From Chrysomallon squamiferum (Eukaryota > Animalia > Mollusca): a DNA stretch of 64,000 nucleotides. The notes below the pieces were generated by a model. That model was not told the origin of the DNA, searched no databases, and saw only the letters and a list, made by a program, of their open reading frames with translations. Location of the stretch: NCBI GenBank assembly GCA_012295275.1, contig CM022665.1:48298001-48362000 (forward strand). The letters are read 5' to 3'. The stretch's first letter is position 1. Each line of letters begins with the position of its first letter. Position numbers and translations under genes: made by a program. This document shows, in pieces, positions 28,554 through 40,623 of the stretch.

Positions 28554-31500
28554 AGAATAAAAAAATTAATTAGTATAATAATAAATAAAACAATCTGCCT
28601 ACCAAATGTTTTTTCAAAACAGATTTTGTATGTGTATACATACATATATAAAAAGATAAACACACGTGTGCATAAATATAGCTAGATAGATAGACAGATA
28701 GATAGACAGACAGATAGATTGATAGATAGATAGATAGATTACTAGTTTTCACTGCTTCACTTTCTAAAGATTTTTCACAGGTAATATAATAACAGTTTTA
28801 CACAAAGAAAATACTTTTGAAAGAAAAAAAAATTGACTTGTGGATAAAGGGAGATAATCCAGTAGTCTGAAATATAACTGGACATTTCTACCATGTACCA
28901 ATGAACTATAACTACAGATGACATAATCAGAGAAACTGTGAGATGAACAGACAGGTGAGAGACACACAGAGAGACATACTGATAAGCAGACACACAGACA
29001 TACATACTTACAAACATCGCTACGCACCATTCTCACACAAGTAATACTAAATATAAAAAGAGTTAAAAACCTTTTACAAGATTCATCTGCTACCAGACTC
29101 TCGTACATGAGTCGGACCATGGGCGTGAACCCAGAACCTGCAGCACACAGCACAAGATGTGTGCACCTGTCCAGAGCTGACCTCTCAAAACTGCCCTCAA
29201 AATCACTGACACTGACCTCATCACCTGCAAGTATTTATATACACTTTACATTTATATACAGTTTACACTTTACACTTACAAATAGTTTACATATTACACT
29301 TACAAGCAGTTTACATATTACATTTACAAAATAATTTACATGTTACATTTACAAATAGTTTACATGTTACACTTACAAGTAGTTTACATGTTACATTTAC
29401 AAGCAGTTTACATATTACATTTACAAGCAGTTTACATGTTACACTTACAAGTAGTTTACATGTGTTACATTTATAAAATAATTATTACAACAAATAGTTT
29501 ACATGTTACACTTACAAGTAGTTTACATATTACATTTACAAATAGTTTACATGTTACATTTACAAATAGTTTACATGTTACACTTACAAGCAGTTTACAT
29601 ATTACATTTACAAAATAATTTACATGTTACATTTACAAATAGTTTACATGTTATTTACAAATATTTTAAAAGTTTAAAAAATATTTTACATATTACAGTT
29701 ATAAGTATTTTACATAAGATCTGCATCACTAAAATATTTTAAACATCTTTATCTGGTAACTAGTTAAAATAGTGATTGTAGATGGACTTAAAATATAAAT
29801 TTTATATTACCAAAAAAAAAAAAAAAAAAATAAAGGATTTGAAAACAAAAGAAAGAAACCTGCATCTTATTAAGTTTATATACTTGTTATTCTGAAATAT
29901 GTCACATTCCTAGTTAAAAATTAATTTCAAAACAGAATGCAACATAATTCTGAATACAGCTTTTTAAAAAACAAGACAGAAATGTCACTATAAAATGTTA
30001 CAAAGGTAAATAGATAATCATAAATAATAAAAGATAAAAAAAGCAATTATAAATATTAAAATATAAAAAAAAGTAATTATAAATATTAAAATATAAAAAA
30101 AAGTAATTATAAATATTAAAAGACGAAAAAGTAATTATCAGTATGAATAGATATACAGATATACAAAGACATACAGGTAATTATAAACATGCCTGAGTTT
30201 AGAGTTCCCAGCCAGGAGGAGAGAGCGCCATTGTCGTAGATTTTGATCATGAGGTAGACAACTGCGCCGTGTGACACTCTGTCATCTTGAGCAGCGTGAC
30301 GCAGTGACGGCAACACGGCTGTGTAGCATCGGTCAATGTCTGTTTCTATAAAACAAACACACAGAATAAACAGACACCTAAACTTTCACTGTGCAGAAAT
30401 GAGATGATACAACAGAAAGTGAGATATCTATCATAAATGATACAGCTATGACAAAAAGTGAGATTTCTATAATAAAAAGTACATAGAATAAACATACACT
30501 TCTGTAAGGAGTGAGATTATACAACAGAAAGTGAGATATCTGTCATAAATGATAAGATACATCTATGATAAAAAGTGAGATTTCTATCATAAAAAATAAG
30601 ATATCTATTATAAAAAGTGATATATTTATTATATAAGATAAGATACATCAAAGATTAAAATTGAGATTTCTATCAGATAAGATTCATCCATGATAAAAAG
30701 TAAAATATCTGATATAACATCAACAACAAAGAAAAATATCTGATATAATATCTATGAAGAAGGAAAAATATCTGATAAAACATCAGTAACAAAGTAAAAT
30801 ATCTGATATAACAAAAGTAAAGTTATATTAAGAACAAACCTGAGATGCAGTGTTTGACGTGGACGTGGTAACCCAGAGGAACACACATGCGTGTCGTGTT
30901 GGGCAAAGCGACACAGAAGAGTTTTGTGTCGTGTGTTACGTTCTCCACAGACAGTATCTTACACGGACGGAACATTCTAGCTAGAAAAAAAACAACAGAA
31001 AACTGTTTTAGAAATTAGAAATAAAAAAAGTATTATTCTAAAATGGATAAAATAATAATTGTTTTAGTATTTCAGTTCATGAACAATAATAGCGGAGAAA
31101 GGCAACACTTGAGGTAAGTTCTTGAAGCTGTGAATGCAAATGAAAGTGAAACGGGAAAAAGTAAAAACAGCACTCAGTGAGGATTGATCCAGAAACCTTC
31201 TGCACATCTCAGACACTGTATCAGTGAACATACACAGAAACAGAGGAGTTGTTTCATAGAAATGACCATAAATCTTTGAAAAAAACACAAAGAGTCAGTG
31301 TTCTGTTATAAACCTCATCAGTGTTTTATTAATCTTCTTCTTGTCTTGACTAAAATTACTATTTAGCCCCTCTAATCACCTGCACTACTACAAGGAACAC
31401 AGTCTATCTGCACTGACCAGTGGCTGTCTACAATGTCCAAAGACTACCTACAATGACCAGTGGCTGTCTGCAATGTCCAAAGACTACCTACACTGACCAG

Positions 31501-33999
31501 TGGTTATCTACAATGTCCAAAGATTACCTGCAATGACCAGTGGCTATCTACAATGACCAGTGGCTATCTACAATGACCAGTGGCTACCTACAATGACCAG
31601 TGGCTATCTACAACGACCAGTGTCTATCAACAATGACCAGAGACTTCCTACAATGACTACACACCATCTATAATGACCAAAGGCCATCTACTTTTACCAG
31701 TTTGAATGTACCACTAATGACTTGCCCAGTGCTATTAAGTGATAGAAATAACAAACCTCTGTCTGTTGTTTTCACAAATGTGTTGTGCTCTTCCAGTTCT
31801 TTGCCCAGTGACGTCCACTCAACTTCAGCCACGTCTTTTGGCAGCACAATTTCCACTTTGCCATACTCCTTGTCCACTCTCACTGCAAGTAAAACACATT
31901 TTAATATCAAACACAAGATCTGTGTTGTACAACATTCCTACTGTAAGTATAAGGCATTTTGATATCAAACACAAGATTTGTGTTATACAACATTCCTACT
32001 GTAAGTAAAACACATTTTGATATCAAACACAAGATTTGTGTTGTACAATATTCCTACTGTAAAACACATTGTAATATCAAACACAAGATTTATATTGTAC
32101 AATATTCCTTGCCCACCTATACAGTAAGAAAAACACATTTCAGTATCAAACACAAAATTTATGTTGTATATTATTACTTATTATATCCTATACTGTACAT
32201 AAAATAATCTAAATATAAAAAAAAAACATTTAAAATTGTAATCTTGAGCAAAAGAGACAGAATTAAACAAATTTGTATCTGACAAGTATGTAATTACTTC
32301 ATAAACTACAAATACATACACCAATATACTCCACACTGAAAGCAGAATAAAATAACTGCTGGTAATTGAAGAGAAATAAAATTTGATTAAAAAATGTCAG
32401 ATTTTTATTATTAGAAGTCACTAAACAATCACTAGTCAACCCACACATATATACCAGTAACTGTCACACATGTGTTTATTTATTTCTCAACATATGGATG
32501 CTTAACAATACATCACAGAATGAGAAACAGATCAGCTGAAAATTATTTGTATAAAATGTTAAAATAGTATAAACGATATATATTTATTTTCAATCACAAC
32601 TTACCATTGTAGTCTGAAGTGATCAGCTGGTCTAATTCTGAAACACAAAACATTTTGCTGTGTCAGATTACAAGAGTTTCTCACACAGAAACAACAAACA
32701 AGGAGATTAGTAAGAAAAATAATCAAGTTAATAATGTGTGCTCAGGTCTCTGTGGTGTGAAATAACAGTCATTTTGTTGTATATTATTACTTATTATAAA
32801 CTACAAACAAGATATCATAGGTCACTGGTAAAACTGGAAGGGGAGTATGGTCGGAATGGGAAGTTTATCAAAAACCCACAGCTGAGATTTGATCCAGAGT
32901 ACAAGTCAGTAATAAAAGACAGACATAGTAAAACTTATTTGTCTAAAATAAACAACTGATTGGCTAAATATGCATGGTGTAGTTATTTATCTAATATTTA
33001 AACATAAAAATATTTAACTAACAGAATTTATCTAATATTTACCTATATGCATGGTGTAGTTATTTATCTAATATTTACCTATATGCATGGTGTAGTTATT
33101 TATCTAATATTTACCTATATGCATGGTGTAGGTGTGGGACTCTATGAAGATGGTGATGCGGATGTTGTGGCCGGTTCTGTCAATGACCACCACGTCAGAG
33201 TGTAAACCTTTCACCATCGTGTACACAACCACAGTGACACACTTAGAGTTCTGAAACCACTCGTACCTGCAAAAACATCGTCACTTAAAACACAACTGTC
33301 TTTTTTTATATTTAGTTTCTGTTCTTCGAAAAGTAAATTATAATTTGTTAAATAAGAAACACACACACACACATATACAAACACATACAGTGACACACTT
33401 AAGAGTTCTGAAACCACTCACACCAATAAAAACAACATCACTTACCAGACAACTGTCTTTTTTTATATTTAATTTAGTCTCTCTGCTTTGAAAAGTAATT
33501 TATTATTTGTTAAATCAGAAAAAAACACACACAGGCACAAACACACAAACTGACACACACAGACTTACTGACAAATAAAACTACAAATGCACTGACAGAA
33601 ATAGAACTACAAACAAACAAGAAAACTTACTTTGGTTTCTCAACAAACTGCGGAGGTGGAGCAAGTTTAAATTTCACTGAAATTAAAAAAAAAAAAAAAT
33701 AAAAATTTAATTATAAAAGTGTACACAGACACACACACATACAAAAATATCACAATAGTTACCAATTTAATTAGAGTTAATACAAATTATAAACCAACAG
33801 TATACATAATGTGTGTATAAAATAAAATAATAAAATTAATAACTGCCAACATGTTGGTATAAAACAAATAATAAAATGAATAGTTGCCTGAAGTATGTAT
33901 GAAATAAAATAATAAAATTAATAATGACCTACGTGTAGGTACAAACTATAATAATAAAATGAATAATTACATATATGCATTGTGTAGGTGTAAAATAAT

Positions 34000-34091
<92 letters not shown>

Positions 34092-34897
34092 AAAAGCAGA
34101 CTGGTATTATAGAAAATATCACTGTAAGTATTATATTCGGTTGAAACAGATATTCATATGGTTTTTAAGCAGAATTCAAAGGCAATGTTTAGATATTTCT
34201 ACACAGGTTTATTCAACAAATATGTCATTTTATTCATCTTTCAGAATATATGTAAGTTACATATGTTTCAGAGTGTACATATGTTATATATGTTTCAGTC
34301 ACTTGTGAAACAAAATCATTTATAAAACATCACCAAACATCTAAAAACTTTTGTTCAAACCTATTTGTTTGGTGTTTTTGTGACAAAAAGTTCACTGAAA
34401 ATATGGCACAAACAACAAACCAGTATCTCCGTGACAACCACATAAAATTTGGTTATGATGTCAGCACACAAAATTACACACTGCACTTATCACAGTGAAT
34501 GCCAGTCACATAGCAGTTGCCGTGGTAACCAGGCAGATAATTTAGTTATGAGGTAATGCTGTTTGATCAGCCTATAATGACAGTAAAAAGTGGTTTAATA
34601 ACCAGTATGGATTGGTAATCCCATTAAACTATCTTCTTCACTTCTCTTAGGAGAATTTTATGTTGAAGGATATTTCAGTGATGGGAGAGAGGGGGAGGGG
34701 AGGGAGGGAGGGATGGAGGAGGGAAGGGGAAGGGAAATAGAAACTGAGATGGAGAAAGTGAAAGAGAGACAGACACAGACACAGAGAAAAAGGCAAAAAG
34801 GAAAAGAGAGACAGAGAAAAAAAAGAGAGAGCTACAGAAAGAGACAGAGAAACACAGGCAGAGAGACAGGCAGAGAGACAGAGACAGAGTGAGACAA

Positions 34898-34948
<51 letters not shown>

Positions 34949-37900
34949 GAGATATCACTGAAGATCCAATTCACACCTACCATTAGATCTGTTGCTGGTA
35001 CGAGAAGTAATACTACCTGCAAAACACAAACTCAACATTAGCTATCATACATTTTATCTCACATTTTATCTCATACATTTTGTATTACATATTTTATATT
35101 ACATATTTTATCTTGTACATTTTATCCTGCTGATAATATCCTTCTTAACCCATTGAGATTATCATTTCCTGTAAGCTTTTATCTATATCGAAAACATGAA
35201 TTTGTTATATTCACAAAATTATTATCATACTGTCAATATAATATTACTGCACTGTCTGATCACTATAAGATGTTTAAATATTGTGATCACTACATGACTA
35301 ATATCTTGCTGTCACTATTAACAATATTTACTGGAATCACTATAGGATGTTTAAACACTGCAATCACTATAAGATTTTTAAATATTGTGATCACTACAGG
35401 ACTAATATCTTGCTGTCACTATTAATAATATTTAATATAATCACTATAGAACATCACTATAATAATAATAAAAATTACTGGAGTCACTAAAGAACAATTA
35501 GCTTGGTTTTTTCTGTTCTCTTGTCACAAAAACTTACTAAACCTGCTTCATTATCAGCTTAAGACACTAAAACCATTGTATTTAATTTCAGTCTAAGACT
35601 ACTGTAAATAAAACAAAAACAAATCAAATGATCTCACCTTTGCTTTGTATTTCTTTAGGCTTCAGTTTACCAATCACACACTTCTCAAGCATTGTCTCTG
35701 CATTGACCCATTTGTGTATCTGTAAAAATAAATAACACTAAATATGTCATTTCATTTTCTTTGTCTTAGTTTTTTGTTGAGATAAACATGCATTGTCATA
35801 CAGTGTTAGCCTTATGGAAATAACATAATGTTTTAATATTTCACAACAAACTAGTCATTGTTAAAATAAAAAATAATAAATAAATAAATAAATAAATAAA
35901 TGAAAAACAGTAACAATAGTTTAATACCTCTCTCACTTGCCCTATGAAATTTCCAACAGCTTTGTAAACTTGTACCAAAATTATAAGTACAATAGTTTCT
36001 AAACTACTTTGTCAGACTCAGTGATACATTGAGTGTGTATGTGTGTAAATATCTGTGTATGTGTCTGTATATGTTATGTATGTGTTGTGTGTAGATATGA
36101 GTGTGTGTATGTGTTTGTGTGTATTATCTGTACATGTGTTAGTACAGTTGTGTACGGGAATCTAACAGAAAACTAAAAATCAACACAAAACAATTTAACA
36201 CTGCAGTAACACAGTCACGTCTGGACAAGTGTAATGATCTGAAATCAGTTTATCAATACTATGATCTACTTCACAGCAAAACCAAACATTATTTCAGCGA
36301 ATGATCACTGACGGCAACTGTTCTGGGTAAATAAATACGCATGCAGTGTGAACTGGGCTGAATTACAAACCTGTCAGCAGCAGAAACACATTATTAAGTG
36401 ATTTGAGAAAATCTTCATCAGCAGCAGTCCGTGATTGATTACACAAACATTGATCTGCTGGGCAGCTTCTTGGAAACTATCACACTGATAGACTATCACA
36501 TTAGTCTATACATGTCTCTGTGTGAGTCTATACTTGTCTGTATGTGTGACAGTTTATACTTGTCTGTGTGTGACAATCTATACATGTCTGTGTGTGACAA
36601 TCTATACATGTCTGTGTGACAATCTATACATGTCTGTGTGACAATCTATACATGTCTGTGTGTGACAATCTATACATGTCTGTGTGTGACAATCTATACA
36701 TGTCTGTGTGACAATCTATACATGTCTGTGTGTGACAATCTATACATGTCTGTGTGTGACAATCTATACAATCTGTACATGTGACACAATCTATACATGT
36801 CTGTGTGTGACAATCTATACATGTCTGTGTGACAATCTATACATGTCTGTGTGTGACAATCTATACATGTCTGTGTGACAATCTATACATGTCTGTGTGT
36901 GACAATCTATACATGTCTGTGTGTGACAATCTATACATGTCTGTGTGTGACAATCTATACATGTCTGTGTGTGACAATCTATACATGTCTGTGTGTGACA
37001 ATCTATACATGTCTGTGTGTGTGACAATCTATACATGTCTGTGTGTGACAATCTATACATGTCTGTGTGTGTGACAATCTATACATGTCTGTGTGTGACA
37101 ATCTATACATGTCTGTGTGTGACAATCTATACATGTCTGTGTGTGACAATCTATACATGTCTGTGTGTGATGTGTGTGTGACAGTCTATACATGTCTGTG
37201 TGTGACAATCTATACATGTCTGTGTGTGACAATCTATACATGTCTGTGTGTGACAATCTATACATGTCTGTGTGTGACAATCTATACATGTCTGTGTGTG
37301 TGACAATCTATACATGTCTGTGTGTGACAATCTATACATGTCTGTATGTGACAATCTATACATGTCTGTGTGTGTGACAATCTATACATCTGTGTGTGAC
37401 AATCTATACATCTGTGTGTGACAGTCTGTTAATATCTGTGAAAACCTCTATCTCCAAATATATGTGACAGTACTAATGCATGAAAATCTATCTTTCTCAG
37501 AGATAAAAAAAATAAATCTCAGATGACAGAGGGCTGAATATTAAGAAGACAATTTAATTACTGTTCAAACTGACACTGTGTTAAGAGCATCGGCTGTGTG
37601 TACTGAATAAACACAGTGAGAGAGGAGTATGAAATCAATATGGGTATTAAACAGCCAGCTGTAATTAAACCCAGTTATCTGTCAGTCCACTCTGACCTAA
37701 ACACTGTCATTTGTTACGTGTGTTTATTTACCTGTTATTACACAACACAATGTATAATTAGGTCAACAAACAGAATTTATAATTACCTCAGCAAGCACAT
37801 GGATAATTACCATGTAAAATTACCTCATCAAAGAGAACAGAATGTAAAATTACCTCATCAAAGAAAACAGAATGTAAAATTACCTCATCAAAGACAAGAG

Positions 37901-39554
37901 AATGTAAAATTACCTCATCAAAGAGAACAGTATGTAAAATTACCTCATCAAAGAAAACAGAATGTAAAATTACCTCATCAAAGACAAGAGAATGTAAAAT
38001 TACCTCATCAAAGAGAACAGCATGTAAAATTACCTCATCAAAGAGAACAGCATGTAAAATTACCTCATCAAAGAGAACAGAATGTAAAATTACCTCATCA
38101 AAGAGAACAGTATGTAAAATTACTTCATCAAAGAGAACAGTATGTAAAATTACCTCATCAAAGAGAACAGTATGCAAACTTACCTCATCAAAGAGAACAG
38201 TATGTAAACTTACCTCATCAAAGAGAACAGAATGTAAAATTACCTCATCAAAGAGAACAGTATGTAAAATTACCTCATCAAGCAAAACAGAAAGTAAAAT
38301 TACCTCATCAAAGAGAACAGTACCATCGATGCCGGCTCCTCTCATCAGTTCGTCGACTCCTCCAGGATGAAAGTCTAAGTAGGGTGTGATGTTGTACACC
38401 TTTCCTGAAACATTGGTCACATCAGAGTCATTATCAGTATCACACAGACACTAAGACACATACACAATTTACAATACTAACACACAATTTATAATACTAA
38501 CACACATACACAGTTTACAATACTAACACACACAATTTATAATACTAACACACATACACAATTTACAATACTAACATACATACACAATTTACAATACTAA
38601 CACACACACACAATTTACAATACTAACACACAATTTACAATACTAACATACACACACACAATTTACAATACTAACACACATACACAATTTACAATACTAA
38701 CACACACACAATTTACAATACTAACATACACACACAATTAAAAATACTAACACACCCACACACACATATATAACAATCCTACAGAAGCAAATGCAATGAA
38801 AGAGTTTATCTCACTTACTATCTTAAACACTACATTTACAAAAATAACAAATGAACAATAGGCTAATTGTAAAATATTTGATTTTTAAAAGGTATATTAA
38901 TAAAGAGGTTTTAATATTATACACAGATTTATAATTTGACAGTATATAAGTGTGACTGAATAAAGATATATGCTAGAAATATTCAGACACACACACATAA
39001 ATACACAAACACATGCATCAGCACACAAACATGATATAGATGTACACACATATTCATACATACATACATATATCTACATGCAGATACACACACACACACA
39101 CAATGTACAGACACACTGACATACTTTGGCACACCAGCATTTCATCCCCAATCCCCTATACAATCCCAGTTAATGCTAGAGATAGGAAAAATGACTTTAC
39201 TACACTGCGTCAGATAATTTAAATATGACAAAGTACGTTCGTCGTGGGCTGACAACATTTCTATGGACAGTTTTCAATTAATTTAAGACTACATCTGCTC
39301 TCATGGATCAATATGTCTTCTTTTGTCATCACTTTAATGATGAAGGAAGATCACATTGTGATCTAAGAAATGTCACATGAAATATTATGAACAATTATTT
39401 TCATTATAATCTCTTTTGGATATGAACTCCAGTTGAATCTATCTGGTTACAAATCACATCAATTTCTGTTACAGTTTCTTCAACAGATGCAAATTTAAAA
39501 AGACTGATCTCTTTAATTATAATAATTCAGTCATATCTACACGTACATATAAAT

Positions 39555-39620
<66 letters not shown>

Positions 39621-39876
39621 ACTGACTGCAATACAAACCTCTAATTGCAATCCAAGCATCATCATGTTTATTATGTTTCTTTAACTCCTCTTTTCTCACA
39701 CACACACACAAACACGCACACACAAACACACACACACACACACACACGCACATACACACACTGACTGCAATACAAACCTCTAATTGCAATCCAAGCATCA
39801 TGTTTATTATGCTTCTTTAACTCCTCTTTACTCTCACACACACACAAACACGCACACACACACACACACACACACA

Positions 39877-39912
<36 letters not shown>

Positions 39913-40165
39913 GACTGCAATACAAACCTCTAATTGCAATCCAGGCGTCATCATGTTTGTTATGTTTCTTCAACTCCTCTTCGGTGACCTCCAGAAACTG
40001 CCCCCCCACCCCTGTCAGGTCTTTCCCACTGCGACCCAGCCGGATCCAGTCCATCAGAGAATGACCCGGCGTCAGAACGACCTTTGCCCTTTCTGCTGTG
40101 AGGGAGAGAGAAATCTGCTGGGTGGAGCTGCTGGTGGCAGGGGGCTGTAAATTCTGACCCGCCAT
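26903..40165 (-). CDS. CYB5R4: Cytochrome b5 reductase 4 (NCB5OR): cytochrome b5 + CS + FAD/NADH reductase domains, 13 coding exons
   Basis: Exons 40165(exon from 40247)-39928, 38404-38304, 35719-35638, 35016-34981, 33676-33631, 33266-33115, 32637-32605, 31882-31757, 30980-30840, 30345-30193, 29224-29071, 28217-28131, 27695-27530, 26957-26903; motifs GHSLMDWIRL, HPGG, YEWFQ, AAGSGFTPM, CGP, HAFEG*; splice phases are consistent except one extra base near 27617. Confidence 0.93.
27530..27695 (-). CDS. CYB5R4: CYB5R4 exon (YILSEPDEDWTGPTGRV...LCTCGPIMFT) with one extra base near 27617
   Basis: WTG..GRV is in one frame and CGP..FT in the next; exon is 1 nt too long for its phases. Confidence 0.85.
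28131..28217 (-). CDS. CYB5R4: CYB5R4 exon (HVTLLFFVRKKKDIYWKDQLDELA)
   Basis: LLFF...DI.W motif; AG/GT boundaries. Confidence 0.88.
29071..29224 (-). CDS. CYB5R4: CYB5R4 exon, NADH domain (GDEVSVSDFEGSF...AAGSGFTPM)
   Basis: GxGxTP motif; AG/GT boundaries. Confidence 0.92.
29235..29665. repeat. ~24-bp minisatellite (tacaaatagtttacatgttacatt) abutting a CYB5R4 acceptor
   Basis: ~17 copies. Confidence 0.85.
30193..30345 (-). CDS. CYB5R4: CYB5R4 exon, FAD domain (IDRCYTAV...LMIKIYDNGALSSWL), ends at a GC donor
   Basis: RxYT and IKIY..G..S motifs; TCAG|GCATGT. Confidence 0.88.
30840..30980 (-). CDS. CYB5R4: CYB5R4 exon, FAD domain (FRPCKILSVENVTHDTKLF...VPLGYHVHV)
   Basis: VTHDT motif; AG/GT boundaries. 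Confidence 0.9.
31410..31700. repeat. 20-bp minisatellite (caatgaccagtggctatcta)
   Basis: more than 10 copies. Confidence 0.8.
31757..31882 (-). CDS. CYB5R4: CYB5R4 exon, CS domain end (VRVDKEYGKVEIVLPK...WTSLGK)
   Basis: GKVEIVL and W..LG motifs; AG/GT boundaries. Confidence 0.88.
32605..32637 (-). CDS. CYB5R4: CYB5R4 33-nt exon (ELDQLITSDYN)
   Basis: gtttcag acceptor, G|GTAAGT donor. Confidence 0.75.
33115..33266 (-). CDS. CYB5R4: CYB5R4 exon, CS domain (YEWFQNSKCVTVVVYT...YTMHI)
   Basis: resembles NCB5OR YDWFQTD..VTIAIYT; AG/GT boundaries. Confidence 0.88.
33631..33676 (-). CDS. CYB5R4: CYB5R4 linker exon (VKFKLAPPPQFVEKPK)
   Basis: tttcag acceptor, AA|GTAAGT donor; supplies the needed phase change 1 to 2. 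Confidence 0.8.
34004..34087. repeat. (GA)n microsatellite
   Basis: perfect run. Confidence 0.95.
34516..34529. promoter_or_regulatory. RFX X-box consensus in a CYB5R4 intron
   Basis: GTTGCCGTGGTAAC; a second X-box-like ATCTCCGTGACAAC lies ~90 bp away. Confidence 0.35.
34981..35016 (-). CDS. CYB5R4: CYB5R4 36-nt linker micro-exon (GSITSRTSNRSN)
   Basis: ttttgcag acceptor, G|GTAGGT donor, symmetric phase 1. Confidence 0.6.
35638..35719 (-). CDS. CYB5R4: CYB5R4 exon (IHKWVNAETMLEKCVIGKL), second heme His
   Basis: ttacag acceptor, G|GTGAGA donor, phase-consistent. Confidence 0.9.
36505..37430. repeat. 22-26-bp minisatellite (gacaatctatacatgtctgtgtgt)
   Basis: ~37 copies. Confidence 0.95.
37785..38320 (-). 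repeat. 30-bp array duplicating the CYB5R4 exon end plus donor (ctgttctctttgatgag|gtaattttacat)
   Basis: 17 copies at exact 30-bp period, starting at the real junction 38304. Confidence 0.95.
38304..38404 (-). CDS. CYB5R4: CYB5R4 exon, cytochrome b5 heme motif (GKVYNITPYLDFHPGG...LFDE)
   Basis: HPGG motif; AG/GT boundaries. Confidence 0.92.
38455..38755. repeat. Minisatellite acaatttacaatactaacacac
   Basis: ~12 copies. Confidence 0.85.
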
Positions 40166-40247
40166 TTTACCTGAACTGGCTCCACTGCTAGCACTAAAGT
40201 GGACTGGCGAGTCTACCTTGGACTTCCCACACCCCAGGGTGGCAGAC
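39928..40247 (-). CDS. CYB5R4: CYB5R4 exon with ATG at 40165 (MAGQNL...GHSLMDWIRL...AWIAIRG); upstream part is open in frame
   Basis: tctcttcag acceptor ending at 40248; AGAG|GTTTGT donor. Confidence 0.9.
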
Positions 40248-40592
40248 CTGAAGAGAGAGAGAAAAATTTAAAACAAAAGTGAATATTTAATATATAACAC
40301 AGCAGAGAGAGAAATAAAAATAAATTCAGGTATGTATATATTTGAGAGAAAAATTAATTCTATCTAGTACTTTCCACAACCCAGGGTTGAAGACCAAAAA
40401 CAAAAAAAAACAAAAAAATAAATAAATAACAAGAATATTTAATATATAACATGACTAAAACATATCCTAAAACAACAGAGAAAGAAAAATAAATAAATTT
40501 GGTATGTATGTATTTGAGAAAAAAAATTAATTCTAACTAGTACTTTCCACAACCCAGGGTTGAAGACCAAAATAAAATTGAATTAAAAAAAA

Positions 40593-40623
<31 letters not shown>

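Noticed and set aside
37616-38389. 257-aa plus-strand ORF (VKLPHQREQ repeats)
   Set aside because: Antisense translation of the 30-bp donor array
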